Assembly (NCBI GenBank): GCA_964507855.1
Contig: CAZDQS010000001.1
Span: 102,121 to 166,120 of the forward strand
Source of the DNA: an uncultured Candidatus Saccharibacteria bacterium
Lineage (GTDB): Bacteria > Patescibacteriota > Saccharimonadia > Saccharimonadales > CAZDQS01
Length of the DNA stretch: 64,000 nucleotides
Direction of reading: 5' to 3'
Made by a program: the position numbers and the translations under genes. The notes under the pieces are model-generated. The model saw only the letters and a list, made by a program, of their open reading frames with translations, searched no databases and was not told where the DNA came from. Shown piece after piece: positions 44,633 through 55,001 of this stretch. Position 1 is the stretch's first letter. Every line of letters starts with the position of its first letter.

Positions 44633-46676
44633 GGTACCCCCTTGCCCTTAAATCTTGTTTTACCTGATCTTTGTCATCTATTCGAACATAGATATTGCCT
44701 ACGCGCCAATCGCCCTTGAGCCGAGTATACGATTCAGACAGCAGATTCTCTATAAAGTGTGCTGGCCGATCCTTGTCTGATTCCTGAAGGTTATAGCTCC
44801 CATACCATATGATGAATTTCGGCTGCTCCGCTCTAAGTTGGTTCTCTAGCTCCTGGCGACATTTGGGACAATCATTATGCCAGGCGATAAAGAAAGTGTA
44901 GTTTGTAGCACGCTTAGGTTTGGCGTGCAGCTGGCTAACAAAATCAAACGGGCCAATCCATATTTTGTCATTGGGCAGGGTAACTTCATTGATTGCTCTA
45001 AGGTGTGCGGAAGGAGAACCCCTCGTATACGTTAGGATGCTAGTAGTGTCGATGGGCTTAGCGGCAGTTCGAACGGCGCTGTCAAGGCGTGGCACTAATC
45101 CAAAGACGATAACTATTACGGCACTGACCCCCACTGCCGTGAAGAGTCTTTGCGAAGTTGCCCAGGAGTGGCGTCTGGTCTGGTGTGCGAGGCGCAGGGC
45201 GCTTATCAGGAAGACAAATGCCAATGTACGATAGACAAGTGCATGTTGAGAAACGGACCCAAAGCCTGTGGCAATAGCAGGCGGTCCAAACAGGCCAACG
45301 CGTGAATTTACAAACCCAAGTATCATAAGACAGAAAAAGCTTTCCAAGTATCGCCGCCGATACAAAAGCATGAAAGGGAGCGAGAGATAAGAAACAAGCA
45401 CTGCGAAGGCTTGCAGATTGGAGCTTGTCCATGGGCCGCGAAGGACATCTATGATTTGTCGAAGAGACTGTATAAAGATGTCCCAGGCCATAGTGAGAGG
45501 GTTGTTTCCCATGTCGCCAAAATATGGCGCGTAATACTCAGCATTAAACGTGAAATTCTGGAAGAGAAAGGGCCTGAGGCTGGCTGTTAACAGTAGGTAA
45601 GTGCCAAATAAGAGGTACGGAAAAGCAAATATTGCAAGTGGCCGTAGCAATGCTCGTAGTGTTCTTGAGTGTTTGTAGAGAACAATGACAAGGCAGAGAT
45701 AGGTAAGCGCCAGTACGTAAACATATGCCAAGCCGAGCCAAAAGACAAAAAAGAGCATAAAAGCCGTCGTCCACAAAAATTTACCCTCAAGGAACCTCTC
45801 GCGATAATCTGTCAGAAACCAGAGCGCGAAACCAGCGGCAAATATAAGAGATATTACTGATTCGGCGAGTGCTAGGTGCCGCCAAAACACTATGTGCGAG
45901 AGCGCCATGAGCAACAGAAGGCTAGCTGCCAACCATCGCCCCGTATGAACGCGGACTTTCAGGAACAGCCCGGTGAGGGCAGTAAAGGACAATATATTGA
46001 ACACAAGCCTGAAGTAGAAAATGTTATCAAGGCTTGCAAGATAAATCGGTATTGATATGAAGTACATTCCCGGCATGTGGTGTGAGAAAAAATCTTTGTA
46101 AGGTAGCTCGCCGGAAAGTATTAGTTTTGCCCCTAGCATGTTATCAATTTCATCAGGAGAGAATAGATAAGACGTTGCCGCAAAGAACATCAGTGCCGAG
46201 CTGGATACGGCTACAGCTTCTACCCAATACTTACGCAACCAGCGGTAAATGATCTGCAGGCTATTTGTTTCCTTTGTCCTAAATGTCCTAAATGCCAAAT
46301 TCCTGTTTAGGGTGTACTGGACTATTACGACTACCACGAGGCTGGCTGCTTTTACGAGGTTTGCGTTGAAGCCAGCGTAACCGTAGAAGGTGCGCAGAAG
46401 CATTGAGCTTAAGAGAATACCGACTACGCCGGTTGCATAAAAAAACACGAAGCGGAGCAGGGCGAGGTCGTATTTCTTAAAGTTGAACGAGCGGTTGAGT
46501 ATAAAGTTGTTGGTGATCCCGAGCGAAGTAGAACAAAAGTTTGCCAACAGGACATTAACACCAAAAATATTAAAGAGCGTTAAAAATGAAATGTAGTCAA
46601 TCGCAACGCCACTGATGCCAATAAGAGAATATCGGATAAAAGATTCATGATCGTGGAAAATTTTAGGCAGGTTCAT
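44622..46676 (-). CDS. GtrA-like domain fused to GT-C-fold (ArnT/PMT-like) glycosyltransferase
   Basis: I chose ATG 46676 (MNLPKIFHDH...) over track start 46787, which would overlap the upstream gene by 125 nt. GtrA segment: FIRYSLIGISGVAIDY...NNFILNRSFNFK. GT-C first-loop motif: SPDEIDNMLGAKLILSGELPYKDFFSHHMPG. Many TM segments follow. Confidence 0.6.
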   Translation of the reverse strand: MNLPKIFHDHESFIRYSLIGISGVAIDYISFLTLFNIFGVNVLLANFCSTSLGITNNFILNRSFNFKKYDLALLRFVFFYATGVVGILLSSMLLRTFYGYAGFNANLVKAASLVVVVIVQYTLNRNLAFRTFRTKETNSLQIIYRWLRKYWVEAVAVSSSALMFFAATSYLFSPDEIDNMLGAKLILSGELPYKDFFSHHMPGMYFISIPIYLASLDNIFYFRLVFNILSFTALTGLFLKVRVHTGRWLAASLLLLMALSHIVFWRHLALAESVISLIFAAGFALWFLTDYRERFLEGKFLWTTAFMLFFVFWLGLAYVYVLALTYLCLVIVLYKHSRTLRALLRPLAIFAFPYLLFGTYLLLTASLRPFLFQNFTFNAEYYAPYFGDMGNNPLTMAWDIFIQSLRQIIDVLRGPWTSSNLQAFAVLVSYLSLPFMLLYRRRYLESFFCLMILGFVNSRVGLFGPPAIATGFGSVSQHALVYRTLAFVFLISALRLAHQTRRHSWATSQRLFTAVGVSAVIVIVFGLVPRLDSAVRTAAKPIDTTSILTYTRGSPSAHLRAINEVTLPNDKIWIGPFDFVSQLHAKPKRATNYTFFIAWHNDCPKCRQELENQLRAEQPKFIIWYGSYNLQESDKDRPAHFIENLLSESYTRLKGDWRVGNIYVRIDDKDQVKQDLRARGYRVE

Positions 46677-47634
46677 CAGAATCGGTGATTGATTCAATGA
46701 TATAGAGCGGTCGACCTTGCACCTCAGTGTAAATACGGCCAATGTAACTACCAAGTATACCAAGCATAACAAGCTGGATACCGCCAATGAGCAGGATTGT
46801 AATAATCATTAGAGTCCACCCAGGCACCGTCACGTGTGGGTAGGCGAGCTTCATGACGATTGCATAGATGATGCCAACCAAGCTCAATAGGGAGAAGAAG
46901 TAGCCGATGCGGCTGATTAGTTTAATTGGCGTCCATGAAAAGCTCAGAATACCGTCAGTAGCAAACTTCAACATCTTCTTCATGGGGTAGCCCGTCACAC
47001 CAGCATATCTTTCGTCGCGGTCAAAGAGCACAGAAGTTTGCTTAAAGCCAATATAGCTAACCATGCCGCGCAGGAAGCGATTATGTTCCCGAAACTGATT
47101 AAGGGAATCCAACGCCTTACGATCAAGAAGTCGAAAGTCGCCAGTGTTGCGAGGTATCTGAATATCTGCAAGTTTGTCGAGTAACCAGTAAAAACCATAA
47201 GCAGTCAAACGCTTGAAGGCGGCGTCCTTCCTGGTGCGCCGCTGTGCGTAGACGACATGGTTCCCGGCTTCCCATTTCTCTATGAGCTTTAAGCTGACCC
47301 GTGGCGGGTCCTGCATGTCACTATCCATAATAATGACTGCATCGCCTCGGGCATTATCAAGGCCGGCAGTGACGGCCAGCTGGTGTCCAAAGTTCCTCGA
47401 AAGATTAATAATTTTGACATGGAGATCCTTGGAGCGTAGAGCCAGCAGCTTTTCTAAGGATTTATCTTTACTGCCGTCGTTGACAAAGATAATTTCAAAC
47501 TGATATTGAGATAGTTTCGGCGTAAGGATATTAGAAATAGTTTTGAATAGTAGCTCAACGTTTCCCTCTTCGTTATATATAGGGAAGACATAGCTAATAA
47601 GCCTCTTCGTGTTTTTGCTCTTGACCTTCGGCAT
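46663..47634 (-). CDS. GT2 polyprenol-phosphate glycosyltransferase (GtrB-like)
   Basis: 323 aa with SYVFPIYNEEGNV, IFVNDGSKDKS and IMDSDMQDPP, plus two C-terminal TM helices. Its end overlaps the start of the GtrA-GT-C gene. Confidence 0.8.
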   Translation of the reverse strand: MPKVKSKNTKRLISYVFPIYNEEGNVELLFKTISNILTPKLSQYQFEIIFVNDGSKDKSLEKLLALRSKDLHVKIINLSRNFGHQLAVTAGLDNARGDAVIIMDSDMQDPPRVSLKLIEKWEAGNHVVYAQRRTRKDAAFKRLTAYGFYWLLDKLADIQIPRNTGDFRLLDRKALDSLNQFREHNRFLRGMVSYIGFKQTSVLFDRDERYAGVTGYPMKKMLKFATDGILSFSWTPIKLISRIGYFFSLLSLVGIIYAIVMKLAYPHVTVPGWTLMIITILLIGGIQLVMLGILGSYIGRIYTEVQGRPLYIIESITDSDEPA

Positions 47635-47691
47635 TTTGCATATTCTAACAGAAAAGACCCGAAAGGTACCAGTTGCGTATGACGCGGTAAT

Positions 47692-48768
47692 GTGAAGGCT
47701 TTAGTTTCTTCTGGTATGATGAGTAGGATGATAACCGTAATTATCGCCGGGGGGTCGGGAACTCGTTTGTGGCCGTTGTCGACACCGGACTATCCCAAGC
47801 ACCTACTGAAGATTAATGGCCACCAGAAGTCGCTTGTCCAGAATACCTATGATCGGGTCAAAGACATCAGCACTGAAGTGTACGTTATAACTGATGCATC
47901 GCATGCGCATCATGTACGACAACAACTGCCAGAGCTCAAGGAAGGCAACTTTATCATCGAGCCGGCCCGGCGTGGCACCGCCAGTTGTATCGTGGCGGGG
48001 CTGGAGCATATTAGTAAGCGGCATGATCATGATGAACCGGTGGCTTTTGTGGCAGCCGATCACTACATCCGTGACCTGGAAGGCTTCAAACATTCTTTCA
48101 AGATTGCCAGTGATGTCAGTAAACGCGAAGGCCGTATTGTGCTGGTGGGCGTTGAGCCTGACCATCCTGCAACAGGATTCGGCTACATTGAGAAGGGTAG
48201 AGTGTTTGATGATGAAACATTTGTGTTCGAGGTTGAGGCCTTTAAGGAAAAGCCGGAATTTGAGCTTGCCAGGAAGTACTTTAAGAGCGGCCAGTACCTA
48301 TGGAATTGCGGTTATTTCGTGGCCTCAATTGATACGTTCCTCAATAAGATGAAGCAGTACGCGCCGGAGCTTGCTGATAACTACAAGCGGCTGGCGGCAG
48401 CGAAGTCGCCAGAGGCGTATCGCGAGGTATATTTGAGCTTTGAGAGTATTGCAATCGATTACGCGCTTATTGAAAAGGTTAAAGATCTGCTGGTAACGCC
48501 AGCGGCCTTTGACTGGATGGATTTGGGCTCTTATGACGATATGCATAAGGCGGTCGAGACCAATGAGCTGCGGAATCATGTGCATGGTGACCGGGTAGAG
48601 GTTGAAGGGGTGGAAAACTCTTTTATCCAGAACCATGAAGACAAGCCGCTCGCGGTCATAGGCCTTGATAACGTGGTGGTTATCAATACGGAAAACGGTA
48701 TTCTAGTTGCCCGCAAAGATCTGTCGCAAAAGGTCGGCGACGTCAGCAAGCGCTTCACGAGTAAATAA
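47692..48768 (+). CDS. manC: mannose-1-phosphate guanylyltransferase
   Basis: 358 aa from GTG 47692; ATG 47716, 47719 or 47728 may be the real start. It has the nucleotidyltransferase motif VIIAGGSGTRLWPLS and ...GFGYIEKG... Confidence 0.8.
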   Translation: MKALVSSGMMSRMITVIIAGGSGTRLWPLSTPDYPKHLLKINGHQKSLVQNTYDRVKDISTEVYVITDASHAHHVRQQLPELKEGNFIIEPARRGTASCIVAGLEHISKRHDHDEPVAFVAADHYIRDLEGFKHSFKIASDVSKREGRIVLVGVEPDHPATGFGYIEKGRVFDDETFVFEVEAFKEKPEFELARKYFKSGQYLWNCGYFVASIDTFLNKMKQYAPELADNYKRLAAAKSPEAYREVYLSFESIAIDYALIEKVKDLLVTPAAFDWMDLGSYDDMHKAVETNELRNHVHGDRVEVEGVENSFIQNHEDKPLAVIGLDNVVVINTENGILVARKDLSQKVGDVSKRFTSK

Positions 48769-48779
48769 GGGGGTTATTG

Positions 48780-49556
48780 ATGACAAAACGTGTAATAGCA
48801 TTTGATTTGGACGGGACATTGGCAGACAGCAAGTCGCCGATTGCGGACCGCATGGCCGAGCTGCTCAACGAGCTACTGGAGCGCTTTCATGTCTGTGTGA
48901 TGTCGGGTGGAAAGTTTGAACAGTTTGAGAAGCAACTGATTGCCAACCTGAAGGCGGACCCGGATAGGTTGGAGCGATTGCATTTGATGCCAACCTGTGG
49001 GACGCGCTACTACCGGTTTAATGCCGCTGATGGCGCTTGGAGCCAAATCTATGCCGAAGATTTTACGGAAGCTGAGAAGAAAAAAATCATCGATGCGCTT
49101 AATAAAGGCATGGATGATTTGGGCTTGCGAGAAAAGAAGGTGTGGGGAGAAATCATCGAAGACCGCGGCAGCCAAGTGACGTTCTCGGCACTTGGTCAGG
49201 ACGTGGTGGCTGAGCTGGGCGACGAGGGTGTGCGGCTGAAAGAAAAGTGGGACCCCACCGGCGCGAAAAAACTGAAGCTGCGGGATTACGTGGCTGAGCT
49301 TATTCCTGACTTTGAAGTACGCGTCGGCGGCGAGACATCCATTGATGTGACGAAGCCAGGGATAGACAAGGCCTATGGCATGCAAAAGCTGATGGACATG
49401 CTTGATTTGTCAAAAGATGACATTTTGTTCATTGGTGACCGGCTTGCCGAAGGAGGCAATGATTATCCGGTCAAGGCCATGGGCGTAGATTCGATCGAGA
49501 TATCAAACTGGCGCGAAACAGCTGTGGCTATTAACACGGTACTGCACGTTATTTAG
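48780..49556 (+). CDS. HAD-IIB hydrolase, probable phosphomannomutase
   Basis: About 258 aa from ATG 48780. HAD motif I (IAFDLDGTLADS) and motif IV (FIGDRLAEGGNDYP). It is adjacent to manC. Confidence 0.55.
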   Translation: MTKRVIAFDLDGTLADSKSPIADRMAELLNELLERFHVCVMSGGKFEQFEKQLIANLKADPDRLERLHLMPTCGTRYYRFNAADGAWSQIYAEDFTEAEKKKIIDALNKGMDDLGLREKKVWGEIIEDRGSQVTFSALGQDVVAELGDEGVRLKEKWDPTGAKKLKLRDYVAELIPDFEVRVGGETSIDVTKPGIDKAYGMQKLMDMLDLSKDDILFIGDRLAEGGNDYPVKAMGVDSIEISNWRETAVAINTVLHVI

Positions 49557-50568
49557 TCTGTTGATGTAAGTGTTGCTGCCAGCGCCAAGCATCGCGGACG
49601 GCGTCTTCAACGGTTTTGACTGCCTTCCAGCCGAGCTCCTGTTCGGCTTTGGCAGCGATAGCATAGTAAGAAACTGGGTCGCCTTCGCGTCTCGGGCCAA
49701 GCTCATAGGGAACCTTGACCTGGTTCACTTTCTCAAACGTTTGTATGAGCTCTAAAACACTGGTGGGTTTGCCTGTGCCGAGGTTGTAGACGGTATATGA
49801 TCCAGTAGTATCAGCCAGGATTTTCTTTAGCGCGGCCACATGCGCCCGCGCTAAGTCTACGACATGAATGTAGTCGCGAAGGCACGTGCCATCAGGCGTT
49901 GGATAGTCAGTTCCAAACACGGTGAGCGGTGGGATCTGCCCGCTCGTTGCTTGGACAATGATCGGCAAGAGATTCTGTGGCTTGCCCTTTGGTAGCTCGC
50001 CAATCATGGCTGAGTCATGTGAGCCGACGACGTTAAAGTAACGGAGCGCCACGCCTTTCAGGCTGGTATTGGCCGTGCAGGTGTCACGTAAAATAATTTC
50101 GTCCATATACTTACTCCAGCCATAGGGAGAGAGTGGTGCGCATACGGTCTCTTCGGTGACTTTATCTGTTGGCGGATTGCCATATACGGCGGCACTCGAT
50201 GAAAATACAATGGTATCTATACCGGATTCGACAAGTACTTCGAGGAATTCGGTAAATCCGGTGACGTTATTTTGGTAATACTTCAGCGGCTGTTCGACTG
50301 ATTCTCCGACGGCTTTATAGGCAGCGAAGTGGATGACGCCGCTGATAGCTTCTTTCTGGATGAGATCACGGATAAATTCTTTATCGCGGTAGTCGTGCTC
50401 ATAAAAAGCGACGTCTTGATCGGTAATGTGTTTAATGCCCTTCAGTACGTCCTGGTCTGAGTTAGACAGATTATCAACAATAACTGGTCGGTATCCTGCG
50501 GAAATAAGTTCTACGACGGTGTGGGAGCCGATAAACCCCGCGCCGCCGGTTACTAAAATGTTTTTCAT
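49549..50568 (-). CDS. galE: UDP-glucose 4-epimerase
   Basis: 339 aa with MKNILVTGGAGFIGSHTVVEL, SPYGWSKYM (YxxxK) and RYFNVVG. Confidence 0.85.
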   Translation of the reverse strand: MKNILVTGGAGFIGSHTVVELISAGYRPVIVDNLSNSDQDVLKGIKHITDQDVAFYEHDYRDKEFIRDLIQKEAISGVIHFAAYKAVGESVEQPLKYYQNNVTGFTEFLEVLVESGIDTIVFSSSAAVYGNPPTDKVTEETVCAPLSPYGWSKYMDEIILRDTCTANTSLKGVALRYFNVVGSHDSAMIGELPKGKPQNLLPIIVQATSGQIPPLTVFGTDYPTPDGTCLRDYIHVVDLARAHVAALKKILADTTGSYTVYNLGTGKPTSVLELIQTFEKVNQVKVPYELGPRREGDPVSYYAIAAKAEQELGWKAVKTVEDAVRDAWRWQQHLHQQTK

Positions 50569-50572
50569 ATCT

Positions 50573-52405
50573 CTATTCTACCGTAACTGATTTTGCCAGG
50601 TTGCGGGGACGGTCGACGTTGAGGCCCTTGTGCGTGGCGACGTAGTAGGCAAACAGCTGCAGAGCAACGGCCGCCAGTATGGGTTGGGTTTGCTCGAGCG
50701 TATCGGGAATGGTGATAACGTCATCAGCCAGTTTCTTGAATGACTGGTTGCCTTCTGTCACGAGCGCCAGCACCGGCCCTTTACGGGCCTTGATCTCTTC
50801 GATGTTCGATATGGTTTTTTCAAGCAAGGGACTGTTGAGGGCAATGGCGAACGTCGGGAACTGCTCGTCAATCATGGCCAGGGGGCCATGCTTCATCTCG
50901 CCGGCGGCATAGCCTTCGGCATGAATGTAGGATAGCTCCTTCAGCTTCAAGGCACCCTCAAGCGCACACGGGTAGGCATAATTGCGGCCAATGTACAGGA
51001 AGTCGCGGTAGTGCGCATATTTTGCGGCCAGCTTCTCGATCTGTGGCGCGGTTTTGAGGAGCTGGTTAATTTTTTCTGGCAATGCGGCCAGCTCGTGCAG
51101 CAGCGGCTTATAGAGCGGCGAGCGTCCTTGGCTTAAGTGCAGGGCGATTTCGGTGAGCACGGTGACTTGGGCTACAAATGCCTTAGTGCTGGCAACAGAT
51201 TGTTCGGGGCCAGCGTGGCAATACACGCCAGCGTCAGTTATCCGCGCAATAGTCGAGCCAACCGCATTGACGATGCCGAGCTTGAGGACGCCATAGTTCT
51301 CAACTTTCTTAATGGCGGCGATGGTATCGGCGGTCTCGCCGGACTGCGAAATTGCCAGCAAGGCCGTGCTGCGCGAGAACGGTTCGTTGCGGTACTTGAA
51401 CTCGCTGGCGAGCTGGACTTCGACCGGCAGGCCGGCCAGTTCTTCAATGAGGTACTCGCCGACCAAGCCGGCGTAGTACGACGTGCCGCAGGCGACAATG
51501 ACAATGCGGTCTATGTAGCGCAGCTGTTCGGCGACGCTCTCCAATCCGCCCAGCTTGACAGTATTAGTTTCGACTTTGATACGGCCGCGGCTGGCGGCCT
51601 GGACGGTCTGCGGCGCTTCGTGGATTTCTTTCAGCATAAAATTCGGGAAGTCACCGAGCGCTGCTTTCTCCGCATCATAGTCCAGTTCTTCGGCGGTGCG
51701 CTGGACGTCGTGCGCCTGCTTGTAGTTATGGATTTTTACACCTTGTGGTGTAATGGCGGCCAGTTCGTAATCATCCAAGTAAATAACCTTCTTGGTCTTG
51801 CTCAGCAGCGCGGTGGCATCCGAGGCGATGAAGTGCTCTTTGCTGCCGACGCCGATAACCAGGGGGCTGGAAAGGCGGGCGACATACAACGTCTCCGGCT
51901 CGCTGGTGTGTAAGGCAGCAATAGCGTACGCGCCGCGCAAATCCTTGAGAGCTGCTATGAGCGCGTTCTTGAAGTCTTTCTTTTCTTTCAGGTAATAATC
52001 AATGAGGTGAGGGATGACCTCGGTATCTGTCTGCGATACAAAGGTGTAGCCGGATTGCTGGAGGCGGCCTTTCAGCTCCTGGTAATTTTCAATAATGCCG
52101 TTGTGTACGGCGAAAATACTGCCGCTTTCATTGCTATGCGGGTGGGCGTTGGTGAGGGTAGGCTCACCGTGCGTGGCCCAGCGGGTATGCCCGATGGCGA
52201 TATCGGCGGCTTTGGTGCTGCCATTGGCCTGAAGCTCATCCTTGAGGGCGTCAACGCGCCCGACTTGTTTGGTGACGTGCGCCTTAGTATCTCGAATGGC
52301 TACCATGCCAGCCGAGTCATAGCCGCGATATTCCAATGCCTCTAAGCCTTCAATGACGAAATCAACAGCTTGTTTTTTGCCAACATAACCGACAATGCCG
52401 CACAT
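50573..52405 (-). CDS. glmS: glutamine--fructose-6-phosphate aminotransferase
   Basis: 610 aa with MCGIVGYVG at the N-terminus (Cys nucleophile), two SIS domains and the C-terminus DRPRNLAKSVTVE. Confidence 0.95.
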   Translation of the reverse strand: MCGIVGYVGKKQAVDFVIEGLEALEYRGYDSAGMVAIRDTKAHVTKQVGRVDALKDELQANGSTKAADIAIGHTRWATHGEPTLTNAHPHSNESGSIFAVHNGIIENYQELKGRLQQSGYTFVSQTDTEVIPHLIDYYLKEKKDFKNALIAALKDLRGAYAIAALHTSEPETLYVARLSSPLVIGVGSKEHFIASDATALLSKTKKVIYLDDYELAAITPQGVKIHNYKQAHDVQRTAEELDYDAEKAALGDFPNFMLKEIHEAPQTVQAASRGRIKVETNTVKLGGLESVAEQLRYIDRIVIVACGTSYYAGLVGEYLIEELAGLPVEVQLASEFKYRNEPFSRSTALLAISQSGETADTIAAIKKVENYGVLKLGIVNAVGSTIARITDAGVYCHAGPEQSVASTKAFVAQVTVLTEIALHLSQGRSPLYKPLLHELAALPEKINQLLKTAPQIEKLAAKYAHYRDFLYIGRNYAYPCALEGALKLKELSYIHAEGYAAGEMKHGPLAMIDEQFPTFAIALNSPLLEKTISNIEEIKARKGPVLALVTEGNQSFKKLADDVITIPDTLEQTQPILAAVALQLFAYYVATHKGLNVDRPRNLAKSVTVE

Positions 52406-52439
52406 AGGAACTGTATCTCCTGTCTAATTTAGGTATGTC

Positions 52440-53525
52440 CTATTGTAGAACGGATTGTATGAATTGGCGCAAATTATTTTGGAAATTGTTACTTGAGAAT
52501 CGCTGAGCAGTATTTTTTATCTCACCAGATGAATAATTTGAAGTATTGAATTGTTGCAGTATTTCAGCCAATGATTCCGGTGTCTGCTCGTCGAAAAACA
52601 TGCCGGTTGTATCGTTTACGTAGTCCAGCGCGCCGCCTGCTCGGTAAGCAATGACCGGGGTGCCGGCGGCCATGGCCTCTACGGGAGCAATACCAAAATC
52701 CTCGAAGCCAGCGAAGATAAAACCTTCAGCGCTTGCAAGATAACGGGCGACGTCTTCGTCGCTGGCATTGGTGTCGAACTGTATGGTTGGACCGGCAAGT
52801 TTTTGCAGCCGGGTAAGCTCCGGTCCGCGGCCGACGACGGTCAGTGGCAGGCCGAGCTGCGTGCAGGCGGCAACGATGATGTCTGGGCGCTTATTCGGCA
52901 CAAGCCGCCCGACAGTTACGAAGCCGTTACGCTCTGCTGCCTTGACGGCAGAGAACCGCTCAATATCTACCGGGGGAAAGATTACTACGGCTTCACGGCC
53001 ATAAAACTTCTCAACGTCATTTTTAATGTGCGTGGAATTGGCAATGAAATAATCCGGCCGCTGTGCCGCCTGGTAATCCCACTTCCGCAACGGGCCGACG
53101 AGAAGTTTGAGGCCTAAGCGGGCCAGCGGGTTAAGCGCGCCAAAGCCCGGATTCTTGAGGTAATTATCATAGTGGCGCCAGTAGAAGTGGGTCGGGGAGT
53201 GGCAGTAGCAGATATGGATGGTACTTTTGGGCACTCTGATGCCTTTGGCTTCGCCGTTGCCTGAGCTGCTGATGATCACATCGTAGCCGTCGAGCTTCAG
53301 CCGCGAAAACCACCAGATGCGCAAGACCGGCAAGAATTTCCGGAGGCGTGAAAAAGGCCATTTTTGTAAAAATCCCGTAACGACTTTGCCATCCAGCTTC
53401 TCGCGCCATTCGTCGGTACAGTATGAAGTATATATCGGTGCGTCCGGAAACATGCGGTGCAGTTCCAGCACGACCCGTTCCGCGCCGCCGCCGACCAGCC
53501 AGTCATGGACTATAGCAACCTTCAT
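52440..53525 (-). CDS. glycosyltransferase family 4
   Basis: 361 aa with MKVAIVHDWLVGGGAERVVLEL and FIFAGFEDFGIAPVEAMAAGTPVIAY. Confidence 0.75.
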   Translation of the reverse strand: MKVAIVHDWLVGGGAERVVLELHRMFPDAPIYTSYCTDEWREKLDGKVVTGFLQKWPFSRLRKFLPVLRIWWFSRLKLDGYDVIISSSGNGEAKGIRVPKSTIHICYCHSPTHFYWRHYDNYLKNPGFGALNPLARLGLKLLVGPLRKWDYQAAQRPDYFIANSTHIKNDVEKFYGREAVVIFPPVDIERFSAVKAAERNGFVTVGRLVPNKRPDIIVAACTQLGLPLTVVGRGPELTRLQKLAGPTIQFDTNASDEDVARYLASAEGFIFAGFEDFGIAPVEAMAAGTPVIAYRAGGALDYVNDTTGMFFDEQTPESLAEILQQFNTSNYSSGEIKNTAQRFSSNNFQNNLRQFIQSVLQ

Positions 53526-53529
53526 GAGG

Positions 53530-54978
53530 CTATTCCGCTCCGCGGCCGTTAATGACTGCCCGGAATGTTTTGAGCAGGATTACAAGGTCAAACCAAAAGC
53601 TCCAGTTCTGCACGTAGTAAACATCAAGCTTGCGGCGCTCATCGAAACTGATGGCCCGACGCCCTGATACTTGCGCCAGACCAGTCAGGCCGGATTTGAC
53701 CGCGAGGATGGCATGGCGTTTCTCATAGAGATCGAGCTCTTCGGGCACCAGCGCGCGTGGTCCCACCAAACTCAAGTCACCCTTAAGGACATTAAAAAGT
53801 TGTGGAAGCTCATCAAGGCTGGTTTTACGTAGCACACGACCTAGCAAACCAAACCGTGGGTCATGGGGGATTTGGTCGCCGTTCTCGCGGTACTGCTTGA
53901 TAAGCTCTGGCCGCCCCATTTTTCTGAACGCTTCTTCAGGGCTGAGACCGTTGTAGGCGGCCTTGACGGTGCGGAATTTGAATACTTTGAATCTGTGGTT
54001 ATAACGGGTGAGGCGCACTTGACGGAAAAATACTGCGCCTTTGGGATCTGCTAACTTGATGACAAAAGCTATCAGCAGCATGAGCGGCGCGGCAACGACA
54101 AGCATCAAGCTCGCCATGACGAAGTCAAACAATCGCTTGACGATCCGGCCCCAGCCGGTGAGCGCGGTTTGGTGGACGGCTATGACCGGGATGGAGCGGA
54201 ACAGCTCGACATCGATATTACCAACGAACAATTCGCTGTTGCCGGGCACGAACCGGTAGGCTGCGTGGTGGGTTTGCGCGAAACTTAAGATTTCATTGTT
54301 TTTGGCGGGGTCGGCAAACAGCTCGGTTTGGACGATGCTGTGTATGCTGTCCTCGCCTATTTTCTTCACTGCTTCTTCGAAACTGCCGAAAACCGCTAAA
54401 TTCGGGTAGCGCTCATACGAGCGGTGTTTCTTGCTCACAACGCCAAGCACTCGGTAGCCGGAGTGGCGGCTGTCAATGAGTTGTCCGACCAGCTCTAGTG
54501 AAGCGTTGGTATTGCCGACAATCAGCACATTGCTGAGGCCTATGTTATAGGCAAACAAAATAGTACGGAGCGAGCGGGCAATGTTGCGGAAGGCAACGAG
54601 GAACGTAAACGCCAGGGCGAAGCCATAGACTGGTACGAGCCGAGCAGGGAAGATGGTGCTGTCGGGATCAACTGCAAAGTCATAAAAAATGACGAACAGC
54701 AAGCCGATAAAGGACCCGACCAGCAGGCGGCCAATTTCTGAGAAACGCTTTTCGTAAATTGAACTGTTGTAGAGCCCCAGGAGACCAAAGACCACCAGCC
54801 AGAACGGCAACAACACCAAAAAGATACTTAAGTAGGTGAGGGCAGGGATTTGCTCAATAAGCGGGCGGGCGTCAAACGTGACCCGCAGCAGGTAAGCGCC
54901 ACCAAATGCAGCGACGAGCGCCAAGAAGTCGCCAACCAGAAGAAAGAAACTATAAACCAGCGAAGCGCTATTCTTCAT
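53530..54978 (-). CDS. polyprenyl-phosphate sugar phosphotransferase (WbaP/bacterial sugar transferase family), initiating enzyme
   Basis: 482 aa with N-terminal TM segments and the C-terminal catalytic domain KRLFDFVMASLML...DELPQLFNVLKGDLSLVGPR. Confidence 0.85.
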   Translation of the reverse strand: MKNSASLVYSFFLLVGDFLALVAAFGGAYLLRVTFDARPLIEQIPALTYLSIFLVLLPFWLVVFGLLGLYNSSIYEKRFSEIGRLLVGSFIGLLFVIFYDFAVDPDSTIFPARLVPVYGFALAFTFLVAFRNIARSLRTILFAYNIGLSNVLIVGNTNASLELVGQLIDSRHSGYRVLGVVSKKHRSYERYPNLAVFGSFEEAVKKIGEDSIHSIVQTELFADPAKNNEILSFAQTHHAAYRFVPGNSELFVGNIDVELFRSIPVIAVHQTALTGWGRIVKRLFDFVMASLMLVVAAPLMLLIAFVIKLADPKGAVFFRQVRLTRYNHRFKVFKFRTVKAAYNGLSPEEAFRKMGRPELIKQYRENGDQIPHDPRFGLLGRVLRKTSLDELPQLFNVLKGDLSLVGPRALVPEELDLYEKRHAILAVKSGLTGLAQVSGRRAISFDERRKLDVYYVQNWSFWFDLVILLKTFRAVINGRGAE

Positions 54979-55001
54979 CTATACTATTGAATATACCATT
55001 T

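Noticed and set aside
51137-51913. 258-aa + strand ORF inside glmS
   Set aside because: This is a shadow ORF antisense to glmS. The same reasoning applies to 48873..49385, 47803..48165, 16548..17003, 34739..35242 and the many other short antisense ORFs in the track.
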